NCBI GenBank assembly: GCA_964646895.1
Contig: CAZYIP010000002.1
Location: forward strand, 17,157 to 61,224
Origin: an uncultured Salinisphaerales bacterium
Lineage (GTDB): Bacteria > Pseudomonadota > Gammaproteobacteria > Nevskiales > CAZYIP01
DNA: 44,068 bases
Reading direction: 5' to 3'
The notes beneath the pieces are model-generated. The model ran no database searches, was not told the origin of the DNA, and saw only the letters and a list, made by a program, of their open reading frames with translations. The translations under genes and the position numbers were made by a program. Each line of letters opens with the position of its first letter. Position 1 is the stretch's first letter. Below are positions 24,313-36,037 of the stretch, piece after piece.

Positions 24313-26045
24313 AAGACCGGACGAGAAAGAACAAGAAGCAGTCGCCCCCGTACGCCCGCTGGCGCGCCTGGCTGGTCCTGTCCGGCTTCGCGCTTTTTCT
24401 CGGCGGACTTGGCGCGCGCGCGGCGTACCTCCAGGTCATGCATCAGGACTTTCTCGCCGAGCAGGGCGCCATGCGCTTCGAGCGTACCGTGACCGTGCCG
24501 GCCGGGCGCGGCGCTCTGCGGGATCGCAATGGCGAGCCGCTGGCGCTGAGCGCACCGGTCGAGTCGGTGTGGGCAGTGCCGTCGGCGGTGCTGGATTCGC
24601 GGCACGATCTCGACGGTCTGGCGCAGCGCCTCAACATGACCGTGAAGGAATTGCGCAAGACGCTGGAATCGCACCGTGACCGGCAGTTTCTGTACCTGCG
24701 CCGGCACATGACACCGGCCGACGCCCGCCAGGTGATGGCGCTCGATGTGCCCGGCATCTTTCTGCAACGCGAATATCAGCGCTATTACCCGGCAGGGGAA
24801 GTGGCCGTCCAGCTCGTGGGCCTGACCGACATCGACGGCAACGGTCAGGAGGGGGCCGAACTCGAATTCAACAAGGCGCTAGACGGCACCCCGGGGAGCC
24901 GGCACGTCATCAAGGACCGCCTCGGGCGGGTGGTGGACGATCTGGCCGGTTACCAGCCCGCCAAACCCGGTCGGGACGTGTATCTCAGCATCGATATGCG
25001 CCTCCAGTACCTGACCTATCGCGAACTCAAGCGCGCAGTGGGCCATGAGCGCGCACGTGCAGGCATCGCCATAGTGCTGGATGCGCACACCGGCGAGGTG
25101 CTGGCCATGGCGAACCAGCCGAGCTGCAACCCGAACCGGCGCGAGAGCATCACTTCCGCCTGCCTGCGTAACCGCGCCGTCACCGACAACTTCGAGCCCG
25201 GCTCGACGATCAAGCCGCTGGTCGTCAGCGAGGCGCTGAACAGCGGCATGTTCCATCCCGGCGACACCATCGACACCGGCGACGGCCGTTTCCGCGTGGC
25301 TGACATGGTGGTACACGACCACCACGGTTACGGGGTTATCGACCTGGCGACAATCCTGCAGAAGTCGAGCAACATCGGTGCCGCCAAGATCGGGCTGGCC
25401 CTGGGCGCCAAGCGGTTGTGGACCGGCTTTCGGGATTTTGGCCTGGGGGAAATCACCGCGTCCGGCTTTCCGGGGGAAAGCCGCGGCAATCTGAGTTACT
25501 TCTTCGACTGGGGAAAGGTGAAGACGGCCACCTCCTCCTATGGGTACGGGCTGGCGGTCACTGCGCTGCAACTGGCACGCGCGTACGGAGCGCTCGCCGA
25601 TGGTGGCGTAATGCACCCGGTCAGCCTGGTACGGCTGGACAAGCCGCCGATTGGCCACCGTATCCTGCCGCACGCGGTAGCGGCCCAGGTGCGTGAGTAT
25701 CTGGAAGGCGTGGTGACGCCGGAAGGCACTGCCGGAGACGCGGCCATCGACGGCTATGACGTCGCCGGCAAGACCGGCACCGTGCGCAAGGTGGTGAACG
25801 GCCATTACGACCGCTTCAAGCACCGCGCCATTTTCGTGGGCATGATTCCGGCGGAGAATCCACGCCTGGTGGGCATCGTGGTGATCGACGAGCCGCGCGG
25901 CGCGCGCTACTACGGCGGGCTGGCGGCGGCGCCGGTTTTCGCCGGCATCATGCGTGGTGCGGCGCGCATCCTGCAGGTGGCCCCCGATGGCGACTCGGAG
26001 CGGGTCGTCGCGCGGGTCGAGGCGCAGGGGGGCAATCGCTCATGA
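24309..26045 (+). CDS. ftsI: Peptidoglycan D,D-transpeptidase FtsI (PBP3)
   Basis: 578 aa with a GTG start in a GTGA overlap with the ftsL stop. It has an N-terminal TM and the transpeptidase motifs STIKP, SSN and KTGT. Confidence 0.93.
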   Translation: MKDRTRKNKKQSPPYARWRAWLVLSGFALFLGGLGARAAYLQVMHQDFLAEQGAMRFERTVTVPAGRGALRDRNGEPLALSAPVESVWAVPSAVLDSRHDLDGLAQRLNMTVKELRKTLESHRDRQFLYLRRHMTPADARQVMALDVPGIFLQREYQRYYPAGEVAVQLVGLTDIDGNGQEGAELEFNKALDGTPGSRHVIKDRLGRVVDDLAGYQPAKPGRDVYLSIDMRLQYLTYRELKRAVGHERARAGIAIVLDAHTGEVLAMANQPSCNPNRRESITSACLRNRAVTDNFEPGSTIKPLVVSEALNSGMFHPGDTIDTGDGRFRVADMVVHDHHGYGVIDLATILQKSSNIGAAKIGLALGAKRLWTGFRDFGLGEITASGFPGESRGNLSYFFDWGKVKTATSSYGYGLAVTALQLARAYGALADGGVMHPVSLVRLDKPPIGHRILPHAVAAQVREYLEGVVTPEGTAGDAAIDGYDVAGKTGTVRKVVNGHYDRFKHRAIFVGMIPAENPRLVGIVVIDEPRGARYYGGLAAAPVFAGIMRGAARILQVAPDGDSERVVARVEAQGGNRS

Positions 26046-27559
26046 CCTATGCGTCCTCGGCCACCATTCCGGGTCGCTCGCTGTCGCAGCTGATGGCGGG
26101 GCTGGCACCGGCGCCCGAGCGTGATGTCACCGTTCTCGGTGTGGAAAGCGACAGCCGTTTCGTGCGCGCCGGCGATCTGTTTCTGGCGGCGCGTGGCGGC
26201 CGCCACCATGGCCTGGAGTTCATCGATCAGGCGCTGGAGCGGGGTGTTGCGGCGGTCGCCTGGGAGCCGGCCGCCGGCGTGCGCGCGCCGACCGGCATCG
26301 CGCCGGCGCTGAAGGTACCCGCGCTCGCCTCTCACGTGGGCGAGATCGCCGCCCGGTTTTTCGGCGATCCATCGGCGGCCCTGTTCAGCGTCGGTGTCAC
26401 CGGCACCGACGGCAAGACTTCCTGCGCGCACATCATCTCCCAGGCGCTCGCCGCCGCCGGCACGCGCTGCGGCTATCTCGGCACCCTGGGGTACGGGTTT
26501 CCCGGCGGCCTGCGTCCGGCGAATCACACGACGCCCGACCCGGTGACCCTGCAACGCTGGCTCGCCGCCATGGTGCTCGCGGGCGGCGAGGCGGTGGTGG
26601 CGGAGGCGTCATCCCATGCGCTCGATCAGCGGCGCACCGCCGGCATTGCCTTCGACGTCGCGATTCTCACCAACATCGGCCGCGACCATCTCGACTACCA
26701 CGGCACGCTGCAGTCTTACGCCCGCGCCAAGCGGCGCCTGTTCGATACGCCCGGCCTCGGCGCCGCGGTCATCAACGGAGACGACCGCACCGGACGCAGC
26801 TGGATCACGCGGATGACGCACATCGATCGCGTCATCGGCTACGGGTTCGGTGAGCCGGTCACGGCCCGCGCGGACGACTGGGTGCGCGGACACGACCTGG
26901 AGTTGCGACCGGACGGCCTCGGTCTGACGGTCGCCGCGCGCGGCGTGCGCACGCAACTGCGCACGCGCCTGCTGGGACGGTTCAACGCCTACAACCTCCT
27001 CGCCGCCTTCGCCACCTTGCTGGAGAAGGGCCTGACGCCGGACGATGCCGCGTCAGCGCTGTCCGAATCGAGCATCGTTCCGGGGCGCATGGAGGGCTTT
27101 CAGGGGGCGCAAGGCGGGCCGCTGGTTGTCGTCGATTATGCGCATACCCCGGGCGCGCTGGTCGGCGCACTGACGGCGCTGCGCGCGCATTGTCGCGGCC
27201 GCCTGTGCTGCGTGTTCGGCTGCGGCGGCGATCGCGATCGCGGCAAGCGCCCGCTGATGGCGGCGGCGGTGGAGGCGCATGCCGATTGCTTCATCATCAC
27301 CGACGACAATCCGCGCTCCGAAGATCCGCAAAAAATCGTCAGCGACATGCTTTCCGGCCTCGATCCGGATACCGCCTATACCGTCGAGCACGATCGCGGG
27401 CGCGCGATTCGCGCAGCCATTGACGGCGCCACCGCCGGCGACGTGGTGCTGGTGGCCGGCAAGGGGCACGAAAAGGTTCAGATCGTGGGGGACGAGCATC
27501 TTCCGTTCAGCGATCGTCATTTCGTCGCTGAATGCCTTGGCCTGGATCTGAGCGCATGA
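26042..27559 (+). CDS. murE: UDP-N-acetylmuramoyl-L-alanyl-D-glutamate--2,6-diaminopimelate ligase
   Basis: 505 aa with an ATGA overlap with ftsI. GVTGTDGKTS P-loop and the DNPRSEDP (DNPR) motif. Confidence 0.93.
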   Translation: MTYASSATIPGRSLSQLMAGLAPAPERDVTVLGVESDSRFVRAGDLFLAARGGRHHGLEFIDQALERGVAAVAWEPAAGVRAPTGIAPALKVPALASHVGEIAARFFGDPSAALFSVGVTGTDGKTSCAHIISQALAAAGTRCGYLGTLGYGFPGGLRPANHTTPDPVTLQRWLAAMVLAGGEAVVAEASSHALDQRRTAGIAFDVAILTNIGRDHLDYHGTLQSYARAKRRLFDTPGLGAAVINGDDRTGRSWITRMTHIDRVIGYGFGEPVTARADDWVRGHDLELRPDGLGLTVAARGVRTQLRTRLLGRFNAYNLLAAFATLLEKGLTPDDAASALSESSIVPGRMEGFQGAQGGPLVVVDYAHTPGALVGALTALRAHCRGRLCCVFGCGGDRDRGKRPLMAAAVEAHADCFIITDDNPRSEDPQKIVSDMLSGLDPDTAYTVEHDRGRAIRAAIDGATAGDVVLVAGKGHEKVQIVGDEHLPFSDRHFVAECLGLDLSA

Positions 27560-28953
27560 ACGGCCGCGCCCGCCCGCCGATGGATCGCCTCGCCACGCTG
27601 GCCGCGCGCGTTGGCGGCTCCTTGCAGGGTGCGGATGCCGGCTTCGCGGCGGTGTCCACCGACACCCGCAAGCTGACGCCCGGTGACTTGTTCGTGGCGC
27701 TGTCCGGGCCCAACTTCGACGGACACGAGTTCGTGCGCCGGGCCGCCTGCCTGGGCGCTGCCGGTGCGCTGGTTGCCAGGCCGATCGACCTGGCGCTGCC
27801 GCAGGTGCGGGTCGCAGACACCCTCACGGCGCTGCAAGCATATGCTGCCGCGCGCCGGCGCGATTTCGACCTGCCGGTGATCGCGGTGACCGGCAGCAAC
27901 GGCAAGACCACGGTCAAGCAGATGCTCGCCGCCATCCTGCGAGCCAGCGGACCCGTGCTGGCGACCGAGGGCAACCTGAACAACCACATCGGTGTGCCGC
28001 TCACGCTGACGCGTCTGCGCAATGAGCATCGCTCGGCAGTGATCGAAATGGGCGCAAACCATGCCGGCGAGATCGAGCAGCTGGCGGCGCTGGCGGCCCC
28101 GACGGTGGGCGTCGTCACGCTGGCCGCGCCAGCGCATCTCGAAGGCTTCGGATCCGTTGAAGGGGTTGCGCGCGCCAAGGGCGAGCTGTTCGCGGCGCTG
28201 CCGCCGACGGGCACTGCCGTGATCAACGCGGACGACGCGTTCGCTCCCCTGTGGCGCGGGCTGGCGGCCGGGTGCCGGCGCGTCGAATTCGGTCTCGCGG
28301 CCGGTACCGACGTGAGCGCGCGCGCGGATTCGATCCGCCTGGACGAACTCGGACGGGCGGAATTCGAACTCGTCACTCCCGCGGGGTCGCGGCAGGTGCG
28401 ACTGTCACTCCCCGGCCGGCATCAGGTAATGAATGCGCTTGCGGCCGCCGCCGCTGCAGGCGCGGCCGGGGCGGGTCCGGATGCGATTGTCGCCGGTCTC
28501 GCCGCCGCGCAGGCGGCGCCGGGCCGGCTCGCCTGGCAGCGGCGCGAGGATGGTGTCGCGGTGCTGGACGACAGTTACAACGCGAATCCGGCCTCGCTGT
28601 GCGCGGCGCTGGAACTGCTGTCGACGCATCCCGGCGAGCGCTGGCTGGTATTGGGAGACATGGCGGAATTGGGGACGGGGGCCGAGGCGGCCCATGCCGC
28701 TGCCGGCCGGCTGGCGAAGGCGTCGGGCGTGTCGCGGGTGTTTGCGCTGGGGCCGCTGAGCGCGGCCACCGTTGCGGCGTTCGGCGCCGGCGCCCGGCAC
28801 TTCGATGAGGCCACCGAGTTGCTGCATGCGCTGCGGGCGGCGCTGGAGGCCGGCGTGGTACCGGGCATCCTCGTCAAGGGCTCGCGCAGCATGCGCATGG
28901 AGCGGGTGACGACAGCCCTGGCTGGCGTCGCCGGCAAACGGAAGGAGGCTTAG
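27556..28953 (+). CDS. murF: UDP-N-acetylmuramoyl-tripeptide--D-alanyl-D-alanine ligase
   Basis: 465 aa from ATG 27556 (ATGA overlap with the murE stop). [11 protein letters not shown]-loop and Mur ligase architecture. Confidence 0.92.
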   Translation: MNGRARPPMDRLATLAARVGGSLQGADAGFAAVSTDTRKLTPGDLFVALSGPNFDGHEFVRRAACLGAAGALVARPIDLALPQVRVADTLTALQAYAAARRRDFDLPVIAVTGSNGKTTVKQMLAAILRASGPVLATEGNLNNHIGVPLTLTRLRNEHRSAVIEMGANHAGEIEQLAALAAPTVGVVTLAAPAHLEGFGSVEGVARAKGELFAALPPTGTAVINADDAFAPLWRGLAAGCRRVEFGLAAGTDVSARADSIRLDELGRAEFELVTPAGSRQVRLSLPGRHQVMNALAAAAAAGAAGAGPDAIVAGLAAAQAAPGRLAWQRREDGVAVLDDSYNANPASLCAALELLSTHPGERWLVLGDMAELGTGAEAAHAAAGRLAKASGVSRVFALGPLSAATVAAFGAGARHFDEATELLHALRAALEAGVVPGILVKGSRSMRMERVTTALAGVAGKRKEA

Positions 28954-28955
28954 GC

Positions 28956-30038
28956 GTGCTGCTCTACCTTGCCGAATTCCTGTCCCGGTTCTACAGCGGC
29001 TTCAACGTGTTTCAGTACCTGACCCTGCGCGCCATCCTCGGTGTGCTGAGCGCGCTGGTGCTCTCGTTCATCTTCGGCCCGATCATGATTCGGCATCTCA
29101 CGTTTCACCAGATCGGTCAGAACGTGCGTGACAACGGTCCGCAAACCCATCTGGTCAAGGCCGGGACGCCGACCATGGGCGGGACGCTGGTGATCCTGGT
29201 GGTCATCCTCAGCACGTTGCTGTGGGCGGATCTGGTCAACCGTTTCGTGTGGATCGCGCTGGGCGTGACGCTGGCGTTTGGCGTCATCGGTTTCGCCGAC
29301 GACTACAAAAAGCTCAAGTTCGGCAACTCGCGGGGCCTGTCCGCCCGCGCCAAGTATGCCTGGCAGACCCTCGCCGGCCTGATCGCCGGGGCGGTGCTGT
29401 TCGCGACCGCGCGCGAAACGGCCGCGACGGCGCTGTTCGTGCCGTTTTTCAAGGAGGTGGCCATTCCGCTCGGCGGTGCGTTCATCGTCTGGGCCTATCT
29501 GGTGATCGTCGGCAGCAGCAACGCGGTCAATCTGACCGATGGCCTGGACGGGCTCGCGATCATGCCCTGTGTGCTGGTCGCCGCGGCCCTGGGTGTCTTC
29601 GCCTATGCCACCGGCAACATCAAGTTCGCCACCTACCTCGGTATCCCGTTTGTTCTCGGCGTCGGCGAACTGGCGGTGTTCTGCTCCGTGATCGTCGGTG
29701 CCGGACTGGGCTTTCTGTGGTTCAACAGCTATCCGGCCCAGGTGTTCATGGGCGACGTGGGTGCGCTGGCGCTGGGCGCCGCGCTTGGCGTGGTTGCGCT
29801 CGCGGTGCGTCAGGAACTGGTGCTGGTGATCATGGGCGGCGTGTTCGTTGCCGAAACGGTTTCGGTGATGCTGCAGGTCGGTTACTTCAAGCTGACCCGG
29901 CGGCGCATCTTCAAGATGGCGCCGCTGCACCATCATTTCGAACTCAAGGGCTGGCCGGAGCCCAAGATCATCGTGCGCTTCTGGATCGTCACCGTGATCC
30001 TGGTCCTGATCGGCCTGTCCACCCTGAAGGTGCGCTGA
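28956..30038 (+). CDS. mraY: Phospho-N-acetylmuramoyl-pentapeptide transferase
   Basis: 360 aa with a GTG start after GGAAGGAGG. Polytopic membrane protein with [21 protein letters not shown] and [10 protein letters not shown]. Confidence 0.95.
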   Translation: MLLYLAEFLSRFYSGFNVFQYLTLRAILGVLSALVLSFIFGPIMIRHLTFHQIGQNVRDNGPQTHLVKAGTPTMGGTLVILVVILSTLLWADLVNRFVWIALGVTLAFGVIGFADDYKKLKFGNSRGLSARAKYAWQTLAGLIAGAVLFATARETAATALFVPFFKEVAIPLGGAFIVWAYLVIVGSSNAVNLTDGLDGLAIMPCVLVAAALGVFAYATGNIKFATYLGIPFVLGVGELAVFCSVIVGAGLGFLWFNSYPAQVFMGDVGALALGAALGVVALAVRQELVLVIMGGVFVAETVSVMLQVGYFKLTRRRIFKMAPLHHHFELKGWPEPKIIVRFWIVTVILVLIGLSTLKVR

Positions 30039-30039
30039 G

Positions 30040-31431
30040 ATGTCCGCGATATCACCGACAGCGGCGCACACGATGAACGACTACGCGGGGCGGCGCTGGC
30101 TGGTGGTGGGCCTTGGCCCCACCGGCGCTTCCATGGTGCGGTTCCTGCGCGCGCGGGGCGCGCATGTCAGCGTGACCGACAGCCGTGCCCAGCCGCCTGC
30201 GGCTGCCGAGATCACGGCGGCGTTTCCGGATGTTGCGACCGCTTTCGGTGCCTTTGATGCGAGCAGTCTCGATGGTATCGAGGCCGTGGCTGTTTCGCCT
30301 GGCGTGCCCTTCTCGGTGCCGTTGCTGCGTACGGCGCGGGCGCGGAGCCTGCCGGTTGTCGGCGATCTGGAACTGTTCGCGCGCGCGATGCGCGAGCGCG
30401 GTGCGGGCGTTCGGGTGGCCGCGGTAACCGGCTCCAACGGCAAGAGCACCGTTACCAGCATGCTCGCCGCGATGGCGCGTGCGGCTGGCCTTGCCACCGC
30501 CGCCGGCGGCAATCTGGGCCCGCCGGCGCTGGATCTGCTGGGTGAGGAGGCCGAGCTGTTCGTCATCGAGGCATCCAGCTTTCAGCTGGAATCCACCGCC
30601 TCGCTGCGCACGGCCACCGCGGTGGTCCTGAACCTGAGCGCGGATCACATGGACCGGCATTCGTCGCTGGACGAATACGCAGCGCTGAAAGCCCGCATCT
30701 ACATGGGCTGCGACCGTCCCGTGGTCAATCTGGACGACGAGCGTGTACGCGGGATGCCGGTGGAAACGGCGCCCGCCGATTTCACCCTTGCCGAACCCTG
30801 CGCGGGTCAGTACGGCGTGCGCCGTGATCGCAACGGCGAGCGGTGGCTCGCTTACGGCGAGACGCTGTTGCAGCCGGTTGCCGAACTGCGCATCCCGGGC
30901 CGGCACAATATCGCCAATGCACTCGCGGCCTGGGCCATGGGCGATGCCCTGGGCCTGCCGCATGCGGCCATGCGCTCGGCGCTGGCATCGTTCACCGGCC
31001 TGGCGCACCGCTGTCAGCAGATCGCGAAAATCAACGGTGTCGTCTGGTACGACGACTCCAAAGGCACCAACGTCGGGGCCACGCTGGCCGCGGTCGCGGG
31101 ACTCGAGGGCCCGCTGGTGCTGCTCGCCGGTGGCGAGTCCAAGGGCGGCGATTTCCGTCCGCTGGCCCCGGTGTTGCGACGCAAGGCCCGCGCCGCCATC
31201 CTGTTCGGCCGTGACGCCGGGATCATCGCCGAGCATCTGGGTGATGCGGTGCCGCTGCAACGGGCCTCGGACATGCGCGACGCGGTCGTGCGCGCGGCGG
31301 CCGTAGCCCGTGCGGGCGACAGCGTTCTGCTTTCGCCCGGTTGTGCGAGTTTCGACATGTTTCGCAACTACGCGCACCGCGGCGAGCAGTTCGCGGCCGA
31401 AGTCAGGAGGCTGAGTCCGTGCCCGGCCTGA
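30040..31431 (+). CDS. murD: UDP-N-acetylmuramoylalanine--D-glutamate ligase
   Basis: 463 aa from ATG 30040 (AGGTG SD, 1 nt after the mraY stop). An internal ATG at 30073 (MNDYAGRRWLVVGLGPTG) aligns better with the E. coli MurD N-terminus and is an alternative start. VTGSNGKSTV P-loop. Confidence 0.9.
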   Translation: MSAISPTAAHTMNDYAGRRWLVVGLGPTGASMVRFLRARGAHVSVTDSRAQPPAAAEITAAFPDVATAFGAFDASSLDGIEAVAVSPGVPFSVPLLRTARARSLPVVGDLELFARAMRERGAGVRVAAVTGSNGKSTVTSMLAAMARAAGLATAAGGNLGPPALDLLGEEAELFVIEASSFQLESTASLRTATAVVLNLSADHMDRHSSLDEYAALKARIYMGCDRPVVNLDDERVRGMPVETAPADFTLAEPCAGQYGVRRDRNGERWLAYGETLLQPVAELRIPGRHNIANALAAWAMGDALGLPHAAMRSALASFTGLAHRCQQIAKINGVVWYDDSKGTNVGATLAAVAGLEGPLVLLAGGESKGGDFRPLAPVLRRKARAAILFGRDAGIIAEHLGDAVPLQRASDMRDAVVRAAAVARAGDSVLLSPGCASFDMFRNYAHRGEQFAAEVRRLSPCPA

Positions 31432-32579
31432 CCATCTCACTGCCGAGCGCCCTGCGCGTGCAGCCGTCCGCCGCCGTGCTGCCGGACCGGGCGCTGCTGC
31501 TGTCGGCGCTGGCCCTGCTGCTGTTCGGGCTGGTGATGGTTGCCTCGGCTTCGGTGGCGATCGCCGAGCGCCAGACGGGGGAGACCTTCTATTACTTCTA
31601 TCGTCAGCTTGCCTATGCGGGGATAGGTGTGACCGCCGCGGCGGGCATTTTCTTCGTGCCGCTGGCGGTGTGGCAGCGGCTTGGTCCGGCGCTGCTGGGG
31701 CTGGCGCTGATCCTGCTGCTGCTGGTGCTGATTCCCGGCATCGGGGATGCGGTGAACGGCGCGCGCCGCTGGATCGGGCTCGGCTCCGTGCAGATGCAGG
31801 TATCGGAGCCGGCACGCCTGGCTGTGGTCGTCTATCTGGCGGGCTATGTGGTGCGGCGACAGTCGCGCCTCGGCAGCCGCCTGTCCGGCCTGCTCATGCC
31901 CATGACGCTGGTTGCGCTGGCCGGCGGGCTGATGCTGCTGGAACCCGATTACGGTGCCGCGGCGCTGTTGCTCGCGGTCACCCTGATCATGGTGTTTCTG
32001 GCCGGTGCGCGGGTGCGTGATTTTCTCCTCATATTTCTTCTCGCCGGCAGCGTGCTCGCCCTGCTCGCGGTGTCGTCCCCGTACCGCATGCGTCGTCTGG
32101 TGAGCTTCATGAATCCGTGGGAGAACCCGTTCACCAGCGGTTTTCAGCTCGTGCAGTCGCTGATTGCCGTGGGGCGCGGACACTGGTTCGGCGTTGGTCT
32201 CGGCAACAGCGTGCAGAAGCTGCTGTATCTGCCGGAGGCGCATACGGACTTTCTGTTCGCGGTGCTCGCCGAGGAGTTCGGGCTGATGGGCAGTGTCGTG
32301 GTGCTGCTGCTGTTCACGATCGTATTGTGGCGCGGTTTCGCGATCGGTAGCCGCGCGCTGGCGGCGGGTCAGCCGTTCGGCGGCTATCTGGCCTACGGCC
32401 TCAGCAGCTGGTTTGCCTTGCAGGCCTACATCAACATCGCGGTGAACATGGGACTGCTGCCGACCAAGGGCCTGACCCTGCCGCTGATGAGCTACGGCGG
32501 CAGCAGCCTGGTGGTCATGTGCGCGGTCATCGCCCTGCTGCTGCGGGTGGACTGGGAAGTCCGGGGGGTGCGCCGATGA
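31419..32579 (+). CDS. ftsW: Peptidoglycan glycosyltransferase FtsW (SEDS family)
   Basis: 386 aa from GTG 31419, with AGGAGG 8 nt upstream; it overlaps the murD end by 13 nt. Multi-TM protein with LPEAHTDFLFAVLAEEFG and PTKGLTLPLMSYGGSS. Confidence 0.88.
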   Translation: MPGLTISLPSALRVQPSAAVLPDRALLLSALALLLFGLVMVASASVAIAERQTGETFYYFYRQLAYAGIGVTAAAGIFFVPLAVWQRLGPALLGLALILLLLVLIPGIGDAVNGARRWIGLGSVQMQVSEPARLAVVVYLAGYVVRRQSRLGSRLSGLLMPMTLVALAGGLMLLEPDYGAAALLLAVTLIMVFLAGARVRDFLLIFLLAGSVLALLAVSSPYRMRRLVSFMNPWENPFTSGFQLVQSLIAVGRGHWFGVGLGNSVQKLLYLPEAHTDFLFAVLAEEFGLMGSVVVLLLFTIVLWRGFAIGSRALAAGQPFGGYLAYGLSSWFALQAYINIAVNMGLLPTKGLTLPLMSYGGSSLVVMCAVIALLLRVDWEVRGVRR

Positions 32580-33646
32580 GAGTGATGATCATGGCGGGCG
32601 GCACTGGCGGTCATGTATTTCCGGCATTGGCGGTGGCGGCGGCGCTGGTCGAGCGCGGCGCCAGCGTGGTGTGGATGGGCACCCGGGCCGGCCTCGAAGC
32701 GCATCTGGTGCCGCGCGCCGGCTATCCGATCGAGTGGATCGATATCAGCGGCTTGCGGCGCAAGGGCTCGCTGGCGTGGCTGGCGGCCCCATTACGGCTG
32801 GCACGGGCACTGGTTCAGGCGCTGGGCGCGGTCAGGCGCCAGCGCCCGCAGGTGGTGCTGGGCATGGGGGGCTTCGTCTCCGGGCCTGGCGGCGTGGCGG
32901 CGCGGCTGGGTCGCCGGCCCCTGGTGATTCACGAACAGAACGCGCGCGCGGGTCTGACCAACCGCCTGCTGGCGCGCGTCGCCGACCGGGTGCTGGAGGC
33001 TTTCCCCGACACCTTCGCAGACTCCCGGCGGGCGATCGCGGTGGGAAATCCGGTGCGCGCCGAAATCGCGGCCTTGCCCGCTCCCGAACAGCGCTTTGCC
33101 GGGCGAACCGGTGCCGCGCGGATATTGGTGCTGGGCGGCAGCCAGGGCGCGCTGGCATTGAACTGCGTGGTGCCGGAGGCACTGGCGCGCCTGCCGCGCG
33201 AGCTCAAGCCGATGGTGTGGCATCAGGCCGGGCGCACCCTGCCCGAGGCCAAATCCGCCTATCAACGGCTCAAGCTCGATCTGACGCTGGAGGATTTTAT
33301 CGACGATATGGCGCGCGCCTATGCATGGGCTGATCTGGTCATCTGCCGCGCTGGCGCGCTGACCGTGGCCGAACTGGCCGCGGCGGGTGTCGGGGCGATT
33401 CTGGTGCCCTATCCGTCCGCGGTGGACGACCATCAGGCCGTCAACGGGCGTTATCTGGAGGAGGCCGGCGCGGCGCACCTGGTGCGCCAGTCCGATCTGA
33501 CCGGCGAGATGCTGGCGGGAATGCTCGCCGAGCTCCTCCCCGATCGTCCCGGCCTGCTGCGCATGGCGCAGGCGGCGCGTGCACGGGCCTGGCCGCACGC
33601 CACCGATCGCATCGTCGAATGCTGCCTGGAGGTTGCCCGTGGTTGA
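32576..33646 (+). CDS. murG: UDP-N-acetylglucosamine--N-acetylmuramyl-(pentapeptide) pyrophosphoryl-undecaprenol GlcNAc transferase
   Basis: 356 aa from ATG 32576 (ATGA overlap with the ftsW stop). [21 protein letters not shown] and LGGSQGA. Confidence 0.93.
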   Translation: MRVMIMAGGTGGHVFPALAVAAALVERGASVVWMGTRAGLEAHLVPRAGYPIEWIDISGLRRKGSLAWLAAPLRLARALVQALGAVRRQRPQVVLGMGGFVSGPGGVAARLGRRPLVIHEQNARAGLTNRLLARVADRVLEAFPDTFADSRRAIAVGNPVRAEIAALPAPEQRFAGRTGAARILVLGGSQGALALNCVVPEALARLPRELKPMVWHQAGRTLPEAKSAYQRLKLDLTLEDFIDDMARAYAWADLVICRAGALTVAELAAAGVGAILVPYPSAVDDHQAVNGRYLEEAGAAHLVRQSDLTGEMLAGMLAELLPDRPGLLRMAQAARARAWPHATDRIVECCLEVARG

Positions 33647-35084
33647 TCCGGCCGGCATCGCTCAGCTCATGACCGCACCGATGGGTCGGGTGCGCCGGGT
33701 GCATCTGGTCGGCATCGGTGGCGCCGGCATGGCCGGTATTGCCGAAGTGCTGATCAATCTGGGCTATCAGGTTTCCGGCTCGGACCTGCGCGAGAGCACG
33801 GTGGTGGCGCGCCTGCGCGGGTTGGGTGCCCGCATTCACATTGGCCACGCGGCGGCACATTTGCGGGATGCGGACGTCGTCGTCACCTCCAGCGCCGTGA
33901 AGGCGGACAACGCCGAAGTGCGGGCGGCGCACGAGCGGCGCATGCCGGTCATTCCTCGCGCCGAGATGCTGGCCGAACTGATGCGCTTCCGCTACGGCAT
34001 CGCCATTGCCGGCACGCATGGCAAGACGACGACCACCAGCCTCGTGGCAAGCGTGCTCGCGGAGGGCGGGCTGGATCCCACCTTTGTGGTGGGCGGCCGG
34101 GTGATCAGCGCAGGGACCAATGCGCGCCTCGGAGAGGGGCCGTATCTGGTGGCCGAGGCCGACGAGAGCGATGCCTCGTTTTTGCAGCTCACGCCGATGA
34201 TGGCGGCCGTGACCAACATCGACGCCGATCACCTCGGAACCTACGACGGCGAGTTCGAGCGCCTGCGGGCGGCGTTTGTGGAGTTTCTCCAGCACCTGCC
34301 GTTCTACGGGCTGGCGGTGCTGTGCGTTGACGATCCGGTGGTGCGCGGGCTGGTGGCGGAAGTGGGCCGGCCGGTGCGCACTTACGGCTTCGATGCCGAG
34401 GCCGATCTGCGCGCTGTGGAAGTCCATGCCGATGGCCGCAGCACGCGGTTTCGCGTGCGCTTGCACGACGAGCCCGGCGTATGGGACATGCACCTCAATC
34501 TGCCCGGCCGTCACAACGTTCTCAATGCGCTTGCCGCGATCGCGATTGCGCGCGAACTGGATATCAACATGGTGGCCGTGCAGCGTGCACTGGCGCGTTT
34601 CCAGGGCATCGGCCGGCGCTGCGAAGTGCTGGGTGAAGTGCAGGCGCGCCGGGGCTGTGCGCTGCTGGTGGACGACTACGGCCATCATCCGCGCGAGATC
34701 GAGGCGACCTTGCACGCCGTGCGCGAAGCGTGGCCGGAACGGCGCCTGGTAGTGGCCTTCCAGCCCCACCGCTATACCCGCACCCGCGACCTGTTCGAGG
34801 ACTTCGCGCAGGTGCTGAGCACGGTCGACGTGCTGGTGCTGAGCGACGTCTATGCGGCGGGCGAGGCGCCGATCGGGGGCGCCGACGGGCGCTCGCTGGC
34901 GCGGGCAATTCGTGCGCGCGGACAGGTCGTGCCGGTGTTCATCGACGATATCCGCGAGCTTGCGGGCACTCTCAACGACGTGGTCGAGGATGGCGATCTG
35001 GTACTGACCCTGGGGGCTGGCGATGTGGGCCAGGTGGCCGGCGGGCTGGTCCAGGCGATGAGCAGCGCGGGGGGCGAGCCGTGA
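33639..35084 (+). CDS. murC: UDP-N-acetylmuramate--L-alanine ligase
   Basis: [14 protein letters not shown] and [11 protein letters not shown] are present. The GTG 33639 start has GGAGG 6 nt upstream, an 8-nt overlap with murG, and gives a length like E. coli MurC. ATG 33669 is an alternative. Confidence 0.9.
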   Translation: MVDPAGIAQLMTAPMGRVRRVHLVGIGGAGMAGIAEVLINLGYQVSGSDLRESTVVARLRGLGARIHIGHAAAHLRDADVVVTSSAVKADNAEVRAAHERRMPVIPRAEMLAELMRFRYGIAIAGTHGKTTTTSLVASVLAEGGLDPTFVVGGRVISAGTNARLGEGPYLVAEADESDASFLQLTPMMAAVTNIDADHLGTYDGEFERLRAAFVEFLQHLPFYGLAVLCVDDPVVRGLVAEVGRPVRTYGFDAEADLRAVEVHADGRSTRFRVRLHDEPGVWDMHLNLPGRHNVLNALAAIAIARELDINMVAVQRALARFQGIGRRCEVLGEVQARRGCALLVDDYGHHPREIEATLHAVREAWPERRLVVAFQPHRYTRTRDLFEDFAQVLSTVDVLVLSDVYAAGEAPIGGADGRSLARAIRARGQVVPVFIDDIRELAGTLNDVVEDGDLVLTLGAGDVGQVAGGLVQAMSSAGGEP

Positions 35085-36037
35085 GCGGGCCGCGGATACG
35101 CCAGGCCGCCGAATTCGGGCGGGTCGCCGTGCTCATGGGCGGCTGGTCGGCCGAGCGCGAGGTCTCGCTGTGGAGCGGCGCCGGCGTGCTCGATGCCCTG
35201 CGCCAGCGTGGCGTGGATGCGCACGACGTGGACGTCGACCGGCGGCGTCTGCTGGCGCTTGCCGATGAAGGCTTCGATCGCGCGTTCATCGCGCTGCACG
35301 GGCCTGGCGGCGAGGACGGGGTCGTTCAGGCATTGCTGGAAGTCATCGGATTGCCCTATACCGGCAGCGGCGTGATGGCTTCGGCGCTGGCCATGGACAA
35401 GCTGCGCACCAAGATGGTGTGGCAGGGTGCGGGCATTCCGACGCCACCTCACCGCGTATTGCGTGAGCCGGCCGATCTGGAAGGGGTCGTGGACGAACTG
35501 GGTCTGCCGCTGTTCGTCAAGCCGGCGACCGAAGGTTCCACCTTTGGCGCGACCCGCGTCGAGAAGGCCGCGCAACTGGAGGCTGCCTGGCGCGCCGCCC
35601 GTGCCTACGGCCCCGATGTGCTGGTGGAACGTTTCATCGATGGTCCCGAATACACGGTTTCCATCCTGGGCCGCGATGTGCTGCCGCTGATTCGCATCGA
35701 GGCGCCCGGTGGGCTCTACGACTTCGACGCCAAATACCGCTCCGACGATACCCGTTATCTGTGTCCGTGCGGCCTGCCGCCTGCCCGGGAGGCGGAGCTG
35801 GGCGAGCTGGCACTGCAGGCGTTCGACGCCATCGGCGCCGGTGGCTGGGGCCGTGTGGATCTGATGCTGGACGGAGCCGGTCAGCCGTGGCTGCTGGAGC
35901 TGAACACGGTACCCGGCATGACGTCGCACAGCCTGGTGCCAACCGCGGCCCGGGCGGCCGGGATGGCTTTCGACGAACTGGTCTGGCGCATTCTGGAAAC
36001 GGCCGTTGAGGAGAGTCCCGATGAGCGCGGCGGTTAG
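35081..36037 (+). CDS. ddl: D-alanine--D-alanine ligase
   Basis: 318 aa from GTG 35081 (GTGA overlap with the murC stop). [28 protein letters not shown] and [13 protein letters not shown]. Confidence 0.92.
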   Translation: MSGPRIRQAAEFGRVAVLMGGWSAEREVSLWSGAGVLDALRQRGVDAHDVDVDRRRLLALADEGFDRAFIALHGPGGEDGVVQALLEVIGLPYTGSGVMASALAMDKLRTKMVWQGAGIPTPPHRVLREPADLEGVVDELGLPLFVKPATEGSTFGATRVEKAAQLEAAWRAARAYGPDVLVERFIDGPEYTVSILGRDVLPLIRIEAPGGLYDFDAKYRSDDTRYLCPCGLPPAREAELGELALQAFDAIGAGGWGRVDLMLDGAGQPWLLELNTVPGMTSHSLVPTAARAAGMAFDELVWRILETAVEESPDERGG